DNA of 64,000 nucleotides from the human T2T-CHM13v2.0 reference genome, Homo sapiens: NCBI RefSeq assembly GCF_009914755.1, contig NC_060928.1; one strand, given 5' to 3'. Of the stretch, positions 62,376 through 64,000 are shown piece after piece (positions within the stretch are counted from its first letter, which is position 1; the number at the start of each line of letters is the position of its first letter). The position numbers and the translations under genes were made by a program. The notes under the pieces were generated by a model. The model was not told where the DNA came from. It worked only from the letters and a program-made list of their open reading frames with translations, and made no database searches.

Positions 62376-63615
62376 AACAAGCTGTATTTTATTTCACCAC
62401 GGCGACACACACAGGGTGCTGGCTTACAAACCAATACTGAGCTACTCCCAAACGTGCAGAGGCCTCACCCCTGCCACTCCACAGTGGCCACTTCCACCCC
62501 TTCAGCCCTGTCCTTGGGTACTTACTACACCCATGCACACAGCCCGCAGACACTGCTGCTCCTGGACTGTGCCCCAGCGCGCCCCTCTGAGCATCATCTG
62601 CTGGCTTGAAGGCACGTCAGGGTGTATCTCTTTGCCAACACAGCCCCACCCCACACCTCCCAATACGGCCGTGTGAACATTTTGTCAAGTCATCGCTGAC
62701 ATTATCACGTCACTATAGTGTTTCCAGTTAGGCCACACAGTGGGGTCTGTTCTCCAAAGTTCATAATTCCTTCCTTTTTACAAGTGCAAAGTTTCTGCCT
62801 AGTATAAACTCTTGCCCCAATCTCCCCAGCAGATTTATAAACCTCCTAGGAATAAGCCCTTTGGTCAAAGACATCAGGACACCTTCAGCCCTTTTGCTCC
62901 TGGAGTCCCACCTTGTACTCAGCACTGGCGGGGCTGTGCTCTAGCCCACTCGGGGCACCCCTCCCCCTCATCTTGCAGCTTCCTGAGAAGGGGGGCACGT
63001 GAAGACCACACCTCTTCTCTCCTCCACTTCTGTAAGAAGCCCACTCCCAGGATGCCTGCTCAGCTTTCAGGGTCTTCTCTCGCCCCAACTTTAGAAAATG
63101 CTCAAGGCGCCTCAAGCAAGGTCTTCCTTGGTCCAGAGACCACGTCCTTCCAGCCTGGCTCATGGCGCACTCTGCACCCCACCCTGGTCTGCATCTCCGT
63201 CTGTTCCTGGACTCCGTGTCCCACGCTTGCTGCTGTTGCCGCTGTTCTAGGATCTATCCTCCGCTCCTCCAACCCTTCCAATGACGTGTGTATGCTTCAC
63301 CCCCAAGGGCTCCCTCCTCTTCTCCAAATGCCCATGTCGGGACCTGTCTTCACGCTTATCTCTAAGCCTACATATACAGGGCTGCTTTTCATGGGGGGTT
63401 TTAAATTACTTTTTCTGGTCCCTGCACTCTGTATCTCAGCTCCCTTAGTCTTCTCTGCTTTTCCTGGCTTCTGCTTTCACACTGGAGGTTTCCTCTGATG
63501 TTGCTCACTCTGGCTCTCCATTCACACAGAGAGGGAAGAGCTGTCAACACGCTGTCTCACTGCAGAGGGATGCAGTGGCCGTGTCCTCCCTTCAGATGGC
63601 AAGAGAACTCACCCT

Positions 63616-64000
63616 GAGACCAGCCTGGCCAACATGGTGAAACCCCATCTCTACTAAAAATACAAAAATTAGCCGAGCGTGGTAGCAGGCGCCTATAATC
63701 CCAGCTACTCAGGAGGCCGAAGCAGGAGGTTTGCTTGAATCCGGGAGGCAGAGGTCGCAATGAGCTGAGATTGCACCACTGCGCCCCAGCCTGGGTGACA
63801 GAGTGAGACTCCATCTCAAAAAATAAATAAATAAAGTTTATACAGAGAGGCAAACAACCCAGAATAGCCCACATGATATTACAGGAGAAGAACAAAGTTG
63901 GAGGACTGACACTATTCAACTCTAAGACTTATTATAAAATTGCTGTCATCAAGACCGTGTGTGCCCAGGCACAGCGGCTCACAACTGTAATCCCTGTACT
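63616..64000 (+). mobile_element. 5'-truncated Alu (63616-63835), L1 ORF2 fragment (63836-63960), start of another Alu
   Basis: CCCAGAATAGCC...GAAGAACAAAGTTGGAGGACTGACACT is L1 ORF2-like. Confidence 0.85.

Overview
Primate, human-like genomic DNA that is GC-rich and dense in Alus and minisatellites. It holds the complete coding sequence of FAM53A on the minus strand (recognised from memory of the protein; human 4p16.3). Four GT-AG coding exons (53967-54041, 42646-42706, 40216-40961, 26531-26845) splice to 1197 nt, i.e. 398 aa plus stop. The 3'UTR is about 1.4 kb and ends near an AATAAA at 25162-25167. Exon 1 and the promoter are not evident and probably lie beyond 64000. The sequence also supports a 154-nt frameshifting cassette exon (29427-29580, predicting a 360-aa isoform) and a candidate distal terminal exon at 3350. 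The rest is about 35 Alus, old L1/MaLR/MER fossils, about a dozen tandem or low-complexity repeats, and a homeobox-motif/CpG element near 8.9 kb that looks like a conserved enhancer. I see no prokaryotic system, CRISPR array or RNA gene, and no clearly new gene system. The most unusual signals are tandem repeats that multimerise functional motifs (26 consensus 5' splice sites; about 18 L1-derived AATAAA; about 20 E-box/nuclear-receptor units inside a 55-bp inverted repeat) and an ATF4-like uORF layout. Repeat family names are by-eye matches to remembered consensus sequences and their boundaries are approximate.
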